A DNA stretch of 62,496 nucleotides, filler included, from Chiloscyllium plagiosum (GCF_004010195.1; 3 parts of one record of this genome joined end to end with filler, not necessarily neighbours in it), one strand, 5' to 3'. Shown: positions 1 through 14,080, counted from the first letter of the whole stretch. Numbers and translations are program-made. The notes: generated by a model from the letters alone, not told the origin.

Positions 1-545
1 TTCCCCATCCTATGCTTCCTAAATCTTGCCTAATCGCATCGTAATTGCCTTTCCCCCAGCTGTAACTCTTGCCCAGTGATATACACCTATCCCTTTCTAT
101 CACTAAAGTAAACATAACAGAATTGTGATTGCTATCACCAAAGTGTTCACCTACTTTCAAGTCTAACACCTGGCCAGGCTTATTCCCCAGTCCCAAATCT
201 AATGTGGCTTCGCCCCTTGTTGACCTGTCTACATCCTGTGTCAGGAAGCCCTCCTGCACACACTGGACAAAAACTGACCCATCTATAGTACTCGTACTAT
301 AGTGGTCCCTTTCAATATTTGGAAAGTTGAAGTCCCCCATGACAACTACCCTGTCTGTCTCACTGCTATTGAGAATCATCTTTGCTATCCTTTTGTCTAC
401 ATCTATGGAACTATTCAGAGGCCTATAGAAAACTCCCAATAGGGTGACCTCTCCTTTCCTGTTTCTAAACTCAGCCCATACTACCTCAGTTGACGAGTTC
501 CCAAACATCCTTTCTACAACTGTAATACTGTCCTTGACCAACAAG
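1..545 (-). mobile_element. CR1 LINE ORF2 fragment (endonuclease region)
   Basis: Reverse strand reads VVMGDFNFPNI (plus atttggaaagttgaagtcccccatgacaac) and GDSNHNS-like motifs; homologous to 42700-43150. Confidence 0.8.
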
Positions 546-1134
546 GACTCCCACTGGATGTGATCTCTCCTTCCTGGTCATGCAAAGCTTACTGTAACTG
601 GGTGAGCGATCTGGAACCGCAGACAAATGGTCTGGAGACAAGGATTTAAATCCCACTGTGAAATTTTAATCCATTAAAAACCTGGAATTAAAAAAACTAA
701 CAAAATGATGACCATGACACTGAAAACAAATTAAGCAGGTTGCCTGTCCTGAATGGTGAAAAGCTTCCTGAGTGTTGTTGGAGATGCATTCATCCAGGCA
801 AGTGGGGAGTATACCATTGCACTGCTGACTTGTGTCTGGCTTTGGAGAGTCAGTAGGTGAGTTACTTGCTGCAAGATTCCTTGATTCTCACTGCTGTTGT
901 AGACACTATAGTCCAGTTCAGTTTCTGAACATACGGAGGAATTAACTCTTCACTTTAGAAGTATTGGAAACACACAGGCAACATCTGTACAGAGGGGAAT
1001 GTAATGTTCATGATGATCTTTCAATAGGAGTCTTTGAGCTATATTGGCAGCCCCTTCTTCTCTTGATGCGGAGATTACTGTGTCCACCTTGTTTTATGAT
1101 TTCTATCTGCAGCTTATTGTTTAATTCATTTCAG

Positions 1135-1230
1135 TTTCAGATTCGGAAGAAAGTGAAGGATTTGAAGAAGATTCATGACCAAATCAAGAAGGAGATGGTC
1201 AAGATTCCTCTGACTTTAAATGACATTGAA
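1135..1230 (+). CDS. TRIM-family gene, internal coiled-coil exon (96 nt; alternative acceptor gives 1141-1230)
   Basis: Acceptor ttcatttcag ends at 1134 (second AG at 1140); donor GAA|gtaagc at 1231. Encodes FQIRKKVKDLKKIHDQIKKEMVKIPLTLNDIE, phase 0-0. A 96-nt exon after the B-box exon is typical of TRIM genes. The RING/B-box exon would lie upstream of the window. Confidence 0.8.
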
Positions 1231-2889
1231 GTAAGCACTCACTGATAAGGTTTTTCTGTGTCTTTTATTCCTCTGGAAACTTTCAGGTTTTTAAATACAA
1301 TTTATAATTCTTCTTTTTTATTTTTATTTTTAATTTTGGAGTTGTCCTGTGCCAAAGGGGCCTTGGATTCTTCACTGTTACAATTTGAGCTACTCAGATG
1401 TTTACCTTTCATACACCAGCTATCCTGTACCTGCCAATTACTTGCAAATTTAGGGCAGTTTCATATTGTGGAATCATGCCTTGACATCATTATCACACAA
1501 ATTGTATGATCCTTTGTAGGGCAACTGGAGCTGAGTAACACACAGTTTTCTAATCAACCTGTTCAGAGATGCTATTATACTCCTCTGGAGCAGGTGGGAC
1601 TTGAACACAGACCTCCTGGTTCAGGGTTAGGGACACTACTGCTGCATTGCAAGGGGCCCCCAAGGAGAGTAATACATAAACCTTGCCAGCATTGCTCACA
1701 CCTGGGAGCAAATTAAATAATTATCATCACGCAGTCCAAATTGAAACATAGCTCCTATCTTCATAGGGGAAGATATAGCAAGTCTCCCAAAAATAATGAC
1801 AACATTGCTATGTTTCTTCTCTGATCATACCTTCTAAGGACTTCAAGATTGTAGAGCATAAGAACACAGAACATAGTCCAAAAGGATGTGCAGGTTAAGC
1901 GGATTGGCTATGCTAAATTGTCCCATAGTGTCCAGGGATGTGCAAGCTAGGTAAGTTAGCCATGATAGGTGTGAAGTTGCAGGGGCGGAGGTGGATTTGG
2001 TTGGGATGCTCTTTGAAAGTTCGGCATAGACTGGATGGGCTAAATGATCTCTATCTGTTCTGTAGGGATTCTATAGTTCTATAGAAGAGTACAGCACAGG
2101 AACAAGCCCTTAAGCCCACCATGTCCGTGCTGGCCATGACACCATTCTAAACTAATCCCATCTGCCTGCACATGGTCCATATCCCTCCATTCCCTCCCTG
2201 TTCATGCAGCTGTCTTAATGCCTCTTAGATGTCACTATCGTATTTGCTTCTACTACCTCCCCTGGCAGCATGTTCCAGCAACCTACCACCATTTGTGTAA
2301 AATACGTTCATCGCAAATTTCCTTTAAACTTTCCTCTTCTTACCTTAAACCTATGTCCCCTGGTATTTGACACTTCCACTCTGGGAAAAAGTCTAACTCA
2401 TCATCCACCTCATCTTCCTTTTCATCTTCCTATTTTCAAGTTTTAAAATCCAAAGCTGAAGAATATTTGATTCTCTTAACATGTTCTTTTCAATATATGT
2501 GATCTTAGCATCACTGACCTTGGTCATTCACCATGGATTCTCAAAATAAACCTTGTTTATCCTCATTCCTCATAGGTCTTTGGCCTACTCATTTGACAAC
2601 ATTGTCAGGTCTATTCTAACACCCTTACACTCTCTTAGTACCGAATAATTCCTTTACACTCTGTTCTTCCCACTAACTCTCTCATGCCCTGTTAGGAAAT
2701 TTCTTCAACTCAATTAAATTATTCCTTGTGATTCAGGCTCAGCAAATTGTCCAAATGCTGTTTTTTTGCTCAGAAACTAATAGTGCAATAAGTATTATAG
2801 TTATGCTGTGGCATCACATCCCACATTAGCTGAGGTTACAATGAAGGACTCTCCTTCTTAACGTCTCCCCTTACCTGAGGCATGACAAC

Positions 2890-3003
2890 CACCTGATGAA
2901 GGAGCAGCGCTCTGAAAGCAAGTGCTTCCAAATAAACCTGTTGGATTATAATCTGGTGTTATGTGATTTTTAACTTTGTCCCTCCCAGTCCAACACCAGC
3001 TCC
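2890..3003 (+). mobile_element. PLE family-2 3' end with mutated hammerhead, inserted in a SINE
   Basis: CAC-CTGATGA-A-GGAGC-agc-GCTCT-GAAA-GC-AA-GTG (U16.1 mutated) followed by the shared tail aaataaacctgttggactataacctggtg..., also seen at 14081-14240, 36690-36795 and 37755-37912. Confidence 0.6.
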
Positions 3004-4115
3004 TCAAACTCAGATGAAACCACCACCAATTGTGTGTGTGTGTCTCTCTCTCTCTCTCTTTCTGTCTGATCAGAGAGCAGCCCTACAGACCAGTAGAACA
3101 ACGGCAACTTTACCTTTACTTCTGCAATGGATTCAAATATCCTGGTTTCTTGAAGATACAAAAGGAATAAACCTGGTCTCTGCAAATGTTGCCCCTCTGG
3201 CTTTTGTGTTTGTCCTGACCTTACAGTCTATTCCTGTGTGTCCCTTCTTTGTCAGTTATGTTACACATCAGTTGCCCAGAATTTAAGTTCCCTCTGGCCG
3301 ATTGTCCAGACTTAACACAATGACCATCTTAATATGACATGAGGAACAGGGTTACTTAGACAATCACAGATAGCTAAATGATGATGTTTGGGTATTTCAC
3401 TGTGATGGCCAATATCTGATACTCTCACCTAATGTGATTTATTTTCTTCTTTACTCTTGTTTGGAACATGGGCTTCACTGGCAAGGCAGGCATACTTAAT
3501 TGTCTTGCAATGTTTGACTCGGTCAGCACTTAGGAGTCCACCACATTGGATTGCAGCAATTCAAGAAAGCAGCTCACTGTCACCTCAAGGGATGGACAAT
3601 AAATGTTGGCCTAGCCAGTAGCGCCCATATCCCATGAGTGAATTTTTTAAAGCGTCACTGTGGGCCTGGTGATGCATGTTGGCTAGACTGGCTATCATTA
3701 GCAGATTTCCATCCTTAAAAGACGTAGCAGACTAGATGGGTTTTTAATGACAACCAGTAGTGGTCACCTTTACAATAGCTTTTAATCAAATTCAAATATG
3801 CCACGGTGGGATTTGGACCCAAGTTTCCTAGAACATTAACTGGGTTATTAACCCAGCGACATTACACTCCATCAACATCTCTCCAACCTTGCCAGTGTGT
3901 CAACTAGCTGCTATTTCTGTTTCTCTAACTAATCTAACTACACAAATGCAAATTCTGATAAACACATCTGAATTACTAACTTTGGGAGTGAAGCAAATTC
4001 GAACACACCCTCCTTTATGTTCTCTTACCTTCTGCAACCACTTCCTCCATCTCACAATTCACATTCTCGGTTGTCATTCTTATTTTTCCTTATTTCTGAA
4101 TTGCTTCTTGTGCAG

Positions 4116-4355
4116 ATCATCATCTCAAAAACAAAAGAGTCTGTTGAAGAGAAATACAATATACTTAAGAAGCTTCTGGACAATGATATGAGAGTAACAA
4201 TGAGTTTGATTGAAGCAGAACGCTTGTCAATGGAGACCATTATTACAGGACAACAAGTGGACAAGGAGGCATACAGTGATGCCATAATATCCTTAATGGA
4301 AAGATTCAATGATATGAGTGAGAACCCAGAATCTGAGACTGTACAGGAACTACAG
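4116..4355 (+). CDS. TRIM-family gene, long coiled-coil exon (240 nt)
   Basis: Polypyrimidine tract and tgcag acceptor at 4115; CAG|gtaaat donor at 4356. In frame with ORF 4017-4469: IIISKTKESVEEKYNILKKLLDNDMRVTMSLIEAERLSME...VQELQ, helical and phase 0-0. Confidence 0.88.
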
Positions 4356-4809
4356 GTAAATATTCACTTAGGTAATGCCACGATTATTAACTTCATGTGC
4401 AAGTCCAGACAAGAAGCACTAACCTCTTTCAGATTACTCCCCGTGCCATGTGCTAGTGAGGCCAGATAGAGGAAAAGAATAGAATTGAATATGTGGCGAA
4501 AGAGCTGGTGTAGGATGGAAGGCTTCAGATATCTGGGTCATGGAATCTCTTCCAGGGCAGGAGGGACCTTTACAAGAAGCACAGAATGCACCTAAGCTGG
4601 AAGGGTACCAATGTCCTTGGAAGGAGGTGTCCTAGTGCCTCTTGGAAGGGTTAAGTTAATAAGTGTGATGGGAAGAACAGAATAGGCCAGGCTAATGGAC
4701 ATGGCAGAAATGCTGGTCTGAAGTATAATTTTATTTCATTGCAAGAAGTAGAGCAGATGATGTAGACGAGCTTAAAGCCTGGATTAGCACATGGAACTAC
4801 AATACAGTT

Positions 4810-6125
4810 ATAGAATCATAGAGATGGACAGCACAGAAACAGACCCTTCGGTTCAACTTGTCCATGCTGACCAGATATCCTAAATTAATCTCGTCCCATT
4901 TGCCAGCATTTGGCCCATCTAAACCACTCCTATTTATATACCCATACAGATGCCTTTTAAATGTTGTAATTGTATAAGCCTCCACCACTTCCTCTGGCAG
5001 CTCATTCCATGCACACAACCTGCCTTTTCGTGAAAACGTTGCCCCTTAGATCCCTTCTGAATCTCTCCCCTCTAGTTTTGGACTCCCCCACCCTGGGGAG
5101 AAGATTTGTCTATTCACCCTACCCATGCCCCTTATGGTTTTATAAATCTCTATCAGGGCACCCCTCAGGCTCCAGGGAAAACAGCTCCAGCCTATTCAGC
5201 TACCACCTCTAGCTCAAACCCTCCAACCCTGCCAACATCCTCGTAAATCTTTTCTAAACCCTTTCAAGTTTCACAACATCCTTCCTATAGCAGGGAGACT
5301 AGAATTGCATGTAGTAGTCCAAAAGAGACCTAACCAATATCCTGTATAGCCACAATATGACCTCCTAACTCCTATATTCAATTCACTGACCAATAAAGGC
5401 AAACAGACCAAAAACCTTCTTCACTATCCTGTCTACCTGTGGCTCCACTTTCAAGGAGCTATGAACCTACACCTCAAGGTCTCTTTGTTCAGCAACACTT
5501 CCCTAGGACCTTACCATTAAGTGTATAAGTCCTGCTCTGATTTGCCTTTCCAGAATGCAGCACCTCGCATTTATCTAAATTAAACTCCATTTAACACTCC
5601 TCAGCCCATTGGCCCATCTGATCAAGATACCATTGTACTCTGAGGTAACCTTCTTTGCTGTCCACTATATCTACAAGTTTGATGTCATCTGCAAACTTAC
5701 TAACCATACCTCCTACGCTCACATCCAAATCATTTATATAAATGACGAAAAGCAGTGGACTCAGGACCGATCCTTGTGGCACTCCACTGGTCACAGGCCT
5801 CCAGTCTGAAAAGCAACCCTCCACCACCACCCTCTGTCTTCTACCTTTGAGCCAGTTCTGCATCCAAATGGCTAGGTCTCCCCTATTCCATGTGCTAACC
5901 AGTCTACCATGAGGATTCTTGTCGAACATCTTACTGAAGTCAATACTGATCATGTCCACCACTCTGCCTGCCCTCATCAATCTTCTTTGTTACTTCTTAA
6001 AAAAACTCAACAATTTCCTACACACAAAATGATGTTGACTATACCTTTCCAAATACTTGTAAATTCTGTCTCTCAGGATTCCCTCTAATAATTTGCCCAT
6101 CACCGATGTCAGGCTCAATGTTGTA
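4810..6125 (-). mobile_element. CR1 LINE 3' part (RT)
   Basis: ORF 5591-5980: DFSKMFDK...[21 protein letters not shown]...KFADD; short tandem 3' tail near 4810. Confidence 0.88.
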
Positions 6126-6196
6126 GCCATTACAGAAATATGTTGAGAAAGATGGGCAGGATTGGCAACTCAATGATCCAAGGTTTAGATGTTAAG

Positions 6197-6765
6197 GGTC
6201 CTGCCACTTATTGTATACTTTCATCTTGCATTTGACCTCCCAAAATGCATCACCTCACACTTACCTGGGATAAAACTCCATTTGCCATTCCTCCATCCAA
6301 CTTTCCAACTGATCTATATATCCTGCTGTATTCTTTGACAACCTTCTTCACTATCCACAACTCCAACAAGTTTTGTATCATCTGCAAACTTACTAATCAG
6401 ACCACTGATATTTTCATCCATATTGTTTATTTATATATTACAAACAACAGAAAACCCAGTGGAACATTATGGAACACCACTGGTCACAGACCTCCAGTCT
6501 GAAAACAGCCCTCAACAAATACTCTTTGTCTTCTATGACCAAACCAATTTTTTATCCAGCTTATTAACTCATCATGCATCCCATATGACCAGCCTACCAT
6601 GAGAGATCTTGTCTTAGGAAAGTCTATGTAAACCAACATCTGCTGCCCTACGCTTGCCTCATCTTTGGCACTTCCTCAAAATACTCAATCCAATTTGTGA
6701 GACAAGACTTCCCCCACAGAAAGCTGTGCTGACTATCCTAGTAAGATCTTATCCAAATGTATCAC
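6197..6765 (-). mobile_element. CR1 LINE RT fragment
   Basis: Reverse strand contains SKFADDTK and a WRSVTSGVP-like segment. Confidence 0.7.
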
Positions 6766-6769
6766 AGAT

Positions 6770-6975
6770 GCATCACAGCTTGTTATGGCAACTGCTCTGC
6801 CTAAGACCAGAAGAAACTAGAGAGTTGTGAACAGAGCCCAGACCATCACAAAAACCAGCCTTCCTTCTATTGACTCTGTCTACACTTCCCACTGCCTGGG
6901 GAAAGCAGTCAAGATAATCAAAGATCCCTCCCACCCAGTTATAGTCTTTTACACCCTCATCCATCGGGCAGAAGG
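6770..6975 (+). mobile_element. Rex1/Babar-like LINE RT C-terminal fragment
   Basis: YGNCSA...VNRAQTITKTSLPSIDSVYTSHCLGKAVKIIKDPSHP resembles the recalled Rex1-type C-terminus. Confidence 0.6.
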
Positions 6976-7309
6976 TAAGCCCCTCGCACTAAGTCAGTCC
7001 CAATCCATATTGGGGAAGTTAAAATCACCCACTACAACTACAACAATGCTGTTGTTTTTATATTTTTCCATAATCTGCCCACATATCTGTTTCTCTATCT
7101 CCTGTTGGCTATTGAGAGGCCTATAGTATAACCCCATCATAGTGACTGCACCTTTCTTATTCCTGAGTTCTACTCACATTGCCTCACTGGATGAACCCCG
7201 CCCCCGCAAATGACCTTAGTGCAGCTGTGTCATTCTCCTTAGTTAGTAATGCAACTCCCCGACACCTTTTACGTCCTCCTATAGAACACTGATTAATTTA
7301 GAAATCTTA

Positions 7310-9728
7310 GGGTGCAGGCCCATAGCTCCATGAAAGTGGTAACACAAGAGGATAAGGTTGTTAAGGAGGCATACAACATGCTTGTGTTCATTGGTCAGGG
7401 GACTGAGTATAAAAGTTGGCAAGTCATGTTGCAGCCATAAAAAACTTTAATTAGGCCAAATAAGGAGAATTATGTGCAGTTCTGGTTGCCACACAACAGG
7501 AAAGATGTGGAGGCTTTGGAAAAGCTGCAAAAGAAGTTGACGAGGATGTTGGCTTGGTTTAAATGTATTAGATATAAGGAGAGGCTAGACAAACTTGGAT
7601 TGTTTTCACTAGAGCATTGGAGGCCGAGGGACACCTTATAGAAGTATATAAAATTATGAGAGGTATGGATAGGTTAGGTAGTCAGAAGCTTTTTCCCAGA
7701 GTGGAAATTACAAATATGAGGTTTCATATAGGTGTATGGTGAGAGGGAGACAGTTTAAAGGAGATGTGGGAAGCGAGTGTTTTCCACAGAGGGTGGTAAG
7801 TGACTGGAATGCACTGCCAGGGCAGGTGGTAGAAGCAAATATGATAGTAATGTTTAAGAGGCATTTAGACAAAGAGCTAATCAGGCAGACAATAAGAGGA
7901 TATGGACCATGTGCAGGCAGATGGGATTAGTTTAGACTGGCATCGTATTTGCCAAGGTAGTAGATGGTAACACCTTGGAAAATGTCCATATTACAGAGGA
8001 GGAAGTGCTGGATGTCTTAAAGTGTGTAAAGGTGGATAAATCCCCAGGACCTGATCAGGTGTATCCTAGAACTCTGTGGGAAGCTAGAGAAGTGATTGCT
8101 GGGCATCTTGCTGAGATATGTGTATCATCGATAGTCACAGGCGAGGTGCCGGAAGACTGGAGGTTGGCTAATGTGGTGCCACTAGTTTAGAAAGGTGGTA
8201 AAGACAAGCCAGGGAACTATAGACCGGTAAGCCTGACCTCGGTGGTGGGAAAGTTGTTGGAGGGAGTTCTGAGAGACAGGATTTACGTGTATTTGGAAAG
8301 GCAAGGACTGATTAGGGATAGTCAGCATGGCTTTGTGCATGGAACATCATGTCTCACAAACTTGATTGAATTTTTTGAAGAAGTATCAAAGAGGATTGAC
8401 GAGGGCAGAGTGGTGAACGTGATCTATGTGGACTTCAGTAAGGCGTTTGACAAGATTCCCCATGGGAGACTGATTAGCAAGGTTAGATCTCATGGATTAC
8501 AGGGAGAACTAGCCATATGGATACAGAACTGGCTCAAAAGTAGAAGACAGAAGGTGGTGATGGAGGGTTGCCTTATAGACTGGAGGTCTGGGACCAGTGG
8601 AGTGCCACAAAGATTGATTCCGGGCCCACTGCTTTACGTCATTTATATAAATGATTTGGATGTAAACATAGGAGGTGTGGTGAGTCAGTTTGTGGATGAC
8701 ACCAAAATGTGAAGTGTGGTGGACAGCAAAGAAAGTTACCTCAGAGTACAATGGGATCTTGATCAGATGGGCCAATGGGCTGAGGAGTGTTAAATGGAGT
8801 TTAATTTAGATAAATGTGAGGTGCTACATTTTGGAAAGGCAAATCAGAGCAGGACTTATACACTTAATGGTAAGGTCCTGGGGAGTGTTGCTGAACAAAG
8901 AGACCTTGGAGTGCAGGTTCAGATGTCCTTGAAAGTGGAGTTGCAGGCAGACAGGACAGTGAAGATGGCGTTTGGTATGCTTTCCTTTATTGGTCAGAGC
9001 ACTGAGTACAGGAGTTGGGAGGTCATGGTGCGGCTGTACAGGACATTGGAATATTATATGCAATACTGGTCTCCTTCCTATTGGAAGGATGTTGTAAAAC
9101 TTGAAAGGGTTCAGAAAAGGTACCTGTATTTTTGCTTTGTCGCTGTTTACCTATTTACTATCTATGCTACCTAACTGTGTGATCTGCCTGTATTGCTTGC
9201 AAGACACAGCTTTTCACTGTGCCTCTGTACACGTGACAATAAATTCAATTCAATTCAAAAGATTTACAAGAATGTTGCCAGAGTTGGACGATTTTAGCTA
9301 TAGGGAGAGGCTGAATAGGCTGGTGCTGTTTTCCTGGTGTGTAGGAGGCTGAGGGATGACCTTATAGAGGTTTATAAAATCATGAGGGCATGGATAGGGT
9401 AAATAGACAAGGTCTTTTCCCTGGAATGGGGGAGTCCAGAACTAGAGGGCATTGGTTTAGGGTGAGGAGGAGATTTAAAAGGGAGCTAAGGGGCAACTTT
9501 TTCACACAGAGGGTGGTATATGTATAGAATGAGTTGCCAGAGGAAGTGTTGGAGGCTGGTACAATTGCAACATTTAAAATGGGTGGGTATATGAATAGGA
9601 AGGGTTTAGAGGGATTTGGGCCAAGTGCTGGTTAATGGGACTAGATTAGGTTGGGATATCTGGTCAGCATGGACGGGTTATGCCTGGAGGGTCTGTTTCC
9701 ATGCTGTACATCTCTATGACTCTATGAC
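7310..9728 (+). mobile_element. Two CR1 LINE fragments in tandem (7310-7945 and 7955-9728)
   Basis: KSPGPDQVYPR, QHGFV..SCLTNLIEFFEEV, VDFSKAFDK, MEFNLDKCEVLHFG; tail (ctctatga)n at 9711-9728. A foreign LINE 3' tail ending aataaattcaattcaattc is inserted at about 9119-9258. Confidence 0.9.
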
Positions 9729-10059
9729 ATGGTGAGCCGAAGGGCCTGTTTTTATGGTGTACAGTTCTACTTTCTTTCTTTTCATTTGTTCACGGGATGT
9801 GCTTTTCTAGCTCAGCTAGCATTCACTACCTATCTCTACTTGCCCAAGAGAGGTGGTAGTGAGATTCCTGCTGGAACCACTGCAGCCATTGGGATACCCA
9901 ATGGGACACCCACAGTGCCGTTAGGGAGGGGTTCCAAGATTTTGATTGGTGGCATAGCCATATATTTCCAAGGGATAAAAAATGATCAGCTGTGTAGTAA
10001 TGAAGAGTTGAGTTAAAATCAGATGAGCCATGATTTAATTGAATGCTGGAGAAGGCATG

Positions 10060-12655
10060 CTGCACAAATTTGATAGAGTTCTTTGATGAAGTAACCAGGA
10101 AGGTTGATGAGGGCAGGGTGGTAGATGTAATTGACATGGATTTCAGTAAGGCCTTTCATAAGGTTCCATATGCTCTGGAGGGCTAGACCATATGGAATCC
10201 AGGGATAGCTGGCAAATTGGAAATACAATTGGCTTGATGGTAGAAAGCAGATGGTAATAGTGGAAGAAAACTTGACGTACTAGAGGCCTGTAACTATGGT
10301 GTGCCTCAGGGATCGGTGCTGGGCCCATTGCTGTTTGTTATCTATATCAATTATTTGAATAAGAATGTACAAGATATGATTAGTAAGTTTGCAGATGACA
10401 CTAAAAAAGGCGATATCATGGGTAGTGAGGAAGGTTATCAGAAATTGCAGCAGGACCTATACATAGATCCCTGAAAGTTGCCACCCAGGTTGATAGGGTT
10501 GTTAAGAAGGCGTACGGTGTGTTAGCTGTTATTAGTAGAGGGATTGAGTTTCAGAACCATGAGGTCATGCTGCCCCTGTACAAAACTCTGGTGTGACTGC
10601 ACTTGGAGTAGTGCGTACAGATCTGGTCACCGCATTGCAGGAAGGATGTGGAAACTTTGGAAAGGGTGCAGAGGAGATTTACTAGGATGTTGCCTGGTAT
10701 GGAGGGAAGGTGTTACGGGGAAAGGCTGAGAGACTTGAGGCTGTTTTCGTTAGAGAGAAGAACGTTGACAGGTGACTTAATTGAGACATACAAGATAATC
10801 AGAGATAATAAATAAGGTGGACAGTGAGAGCCTTTTTCCTCAGATGGTGATGGCTAGTATGAGGGGTGATAGATATAGGACAGATGTTAGTGTTATGAAG
10901 GTGTAAGGGGTACTGTACCTTTAAGAGAGTTGAAAACTAGCATGGACTTAGAGAGGCACAGAGAGTCCGGAACAAGGTAATAATGTAATGCTTGGTCAGA
11001 ACAGCTAGCACTGGCTGGGTTGCTATGAGACAAAAATAAATTCAAACTTTGCCAATCAGTTTAAGTTATGCCCCAAGATACCAAACTCCAATCAAGATTG
11101 AATTTGGTATTTTGACAATATTAAAACCAATGAAACAATCAAATATATTTTGGGGTATAAAACTGGGGAAAAATTGAACAGTTGAGAGTGAACTGCCAAA
11201 AGACCAATAGGTGTAGGCTAATAAGAACTCTCTGATAGGTACATGTCTAAAGAAGGCGTTTACACAAAAAAAAATCATTGACACTAACCTGGATAGCGAA
11301 TCTATAGAGGAGGATACAAAGAGAAGATGCAACAGCTGGCTGGTTTTGCTATTTGAATTTTTCAGTAAATCATAATTGGGGGTTTTATTGGACCAGTATT
11401 GTAGAGGGGAAGGTAATAGATAGGTTTAGATAAATGATTTGTAAATAGTTGTTAGTTTATTATTCTGTGTTAGACTTTAAAAAATAAAGTTGTTAATTTT
11501 TACTTTAAATGGTGACTTTTGGGATAGTTCTTTGCCTCTCGAATTTTCAGATTACCACACGGATAAATCTTTTCTGTGTTGCTGGTTTAAATTAGCAGAG
11601 GGGGTTTACCCCGTGTCGTAACAAGAGGTATTTTCTTTACTCAGAGAGTAGTAGGGGCATGGAATGCACTGCCTGCAACAGTACTAGACTCACCAACTTT
11701 AGGGGCATTTAAATGGTCATTGGATAGACAATGGACGAAAGTGTAATAGTGTAGGTTAGATGGGCTTCAGATTGGTTTAATAGATTGGTGCAACATCGAG
11801 GGCTGATGGGCCTGTACTGCGCTGTAATGTACTATGTTATATGACCTTGATCAGCTGGGGAAGCAGGCCAAGAAATGGCAAATGGAATTTAACATAGATA
11901 AACGTGAGGTGTTGCATTTTGGAAAGTCAAATCAAGGTAGGAGTTCCATGGTGAATGGTAGGGCCTTAAGGAATGTAGTGGAACAGAGGAACCTTGGAGT
12001 TCAGGTGCACAATTCTCTGAAAGTGGAGTCACAGATAGACAGGGCAGTGAAGAAGGCCTTTGGCACACTGGCCTTCATCAGTCAGGGCATTGAGTATACG
12101 AGTTGGGAAGTTATGTTGCAATTGTCCAGAATATTGGTGAGGCTATACTTGGAGTATTGTGTTCAGTTTTGGTCACCTTGGTATTGGAAAGATGTTATTA
12201 AACTGGAAATGGTGCAGAATAAATTTACAAGGATGTTGCCAGGACTCTAGGGACTGAGTTATAGGGAGAGGTTGAACAAGCTAGGACTTTTTTCTTTAGA
12301 ACATAGAAGATGGTGGGGAAATCTTACAGAACTGTATAAGATCATGAGAGGCATGGATAGGATGAATACACTCAGTCTTTTTCTAGGCTTGGTGAGTTCA
12401 GGACCAGAGAGCATTAGTTTAAGGTAAGAGGGGAAAGAATAAGTAGGAACCTGAGTGGCATATGGATGAGCTGCCAGCGGAAATCGTTGAAGCGGGTACA
12501 TTAACAACATTTAAAAGGCATTTGGACAAATACATAGATCAGAAAGATTTAGAAGGATATGGACCAAATGCAGGGAAATGGAGTTAGTTTGGATGGACAT
12601 TTTGGTCGGCATGGATCGGTTCCAGGTGTCAAAGGGCCTGTCTCCATGCTGTCAG
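10060..12655 (+). mobile_element. Patchwork of CR1 LINE fragments interrupted by a solo LTR
   Basis: [37 protein letters not shown] motifs; CR1 sequence resumes at 11624 after the LTR. Confidence 0.85.
10891..11623 (+). mobile_element. Solo LTR-like element (733 bp)
   Basis: Termini TGTTATGA...TCGTAACA (TG..CA, short inverted repeat); internal TATAAAA near 11156 and AATAAA near 11484; cleanly splits a CR1. No clean 4-6 bp TSD. Confidence 0.7.
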
Positions 12656-13850
12656 ACTCTGAGGTCTGGCAGCATTTATGAAGAGAAGTCAAAGTTAATG
12701 TTTCGGGGCAGGCGTTACATCTTTGGCGTTTGCAGGGGAATGTGCCATGAGGCTGTGGGGGTGGTGTTGGGAGTGAAGGAAGAATGGACCAGTGAGGGAA
12801 CAGTCTCTGCGGAATGTGGACAACGGAGAGGAGGGGAATACCTATCTGAGGACCAGAGGGCATCATTTTAAGGTGAGAGGGGAAAGAATAAGTGGGAGCC
12901 TAAGGGGCAATGGGAACCTGTGGCATCTTGCTGGAGGAAATGACGGCTGATAATCTTATGGATGTGGCCACTGGTGGGATGGTAGTAAGAATAAGGTGAA
13001 CTCTATCGCTGTTGTGGGAGGGAAGAGAGGGGGTGAGGGCAGAAATGCAGGAGATGGATCAGACCCAGTTGCGGACCCTGTTGACAACAACCTGACTATT
13101 TACTTCCTCTTTCCTCAGTACCTAAGGGCCTAAACATACCTTCCAGGTGAACCAGCACTTTATCTGCACTTCTCACAATCCAGTCTACTGGATTCGCTGC
13201 TCACAATGTGGTCTCCTTTACACTGGGGAAACAAAATGTAGATGGGTGACCGCTTCACAGAACATCTTCGTTCTGCTGTAAGAAAGACCCGGACCTTCGA
13301 GTTGCCTGCCACTTTAACACACCGCCCTGTTCCCTGGCCAACATCTCTGTCTCAGGTTGGCTGCAGTGCTCCAACGAAACTCAGTGCAAGCCGGAAGAAC
13401 AACACTTCATTTTCCAATTGGGAACCCTGCAGCCCACCGGACTCAATGTCAAATTCAATAACTTTAGGGCCTGAACGCCCCCATATTCTAGCCCCCTACC
13501 CCACACAAGGCCTTATTATCACATTATCTGCCATTATTTGCCACTAACAGTCTCCATTAACATTATTCAGCCTCCCAGCCAGATCACTATCAACTTCCTT
13601 GTCTGTCCAACTGTTCTTCTCTCTCCTTGGGCTCTATTCCCACCTATTGTTTACTCTTTACTTCCCCCCCCCCCCCCCCACCCTATCTTCTCCATGTAAA
13701 CTGATATTTTCCTAACTACCATCAGTTCTGAGGAAGGGTCACTGAAACCAAAACTTTAACTTTGATTTCTCTTCGTAGATGCCTCCAGACCTGTTGAGCT
13801 TTTTCAGCTATTTCTGATTTTCAGTATCCACAATTTTTTTGGTTTTGGTT
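12655..13850. mobile_element. Penelope-like element fragment with GIY-YIG region and inverted segment
   Basis: About 13090-13850 on plus encodes decayed YWIRCSQCGLLYTGET...EHLRS...HFN and ends with a degenerate family-3 hammerhead (13724-13762). About 12655-13090 is PLE sequence on the minus strand. Confidence 0.7.
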
Positions 13851-13936
13851 AGATATATTAATTTTAGCATTATATTTGATGTCTCACTGATGATGGATGT
13901 GAATGTAATTAATCTATCTATTCCTCTGTATTACAG

Positions 13937-13959
13937 GAAGTCATGAGTTGGAAGGCACG
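13937..13959 (+). CDS. TRIM-family gene, 23-nt micro-exon
   Basis: ttcctctgtattacag|GAAGTCATGAGTTGGAAGGCACG|gtgagt encodes EVMSWKA+CG (phase 0-2). A 23-nt exon at this position is characteristic of TRIM-B30.2 genes and is required to keep the frame. Confidence 0.88.
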
Positions 13960-14080
13960 GTGAGTATCACAATTTTTTTAATGATCTGATAGCCTACCTG
14001 TCCGACTGTTTCCAATTGCTGCTGTATGTAAAACTGGTTTTGCCACTGTACCACCAGTTAATACTGATTTCAATAAGTAT

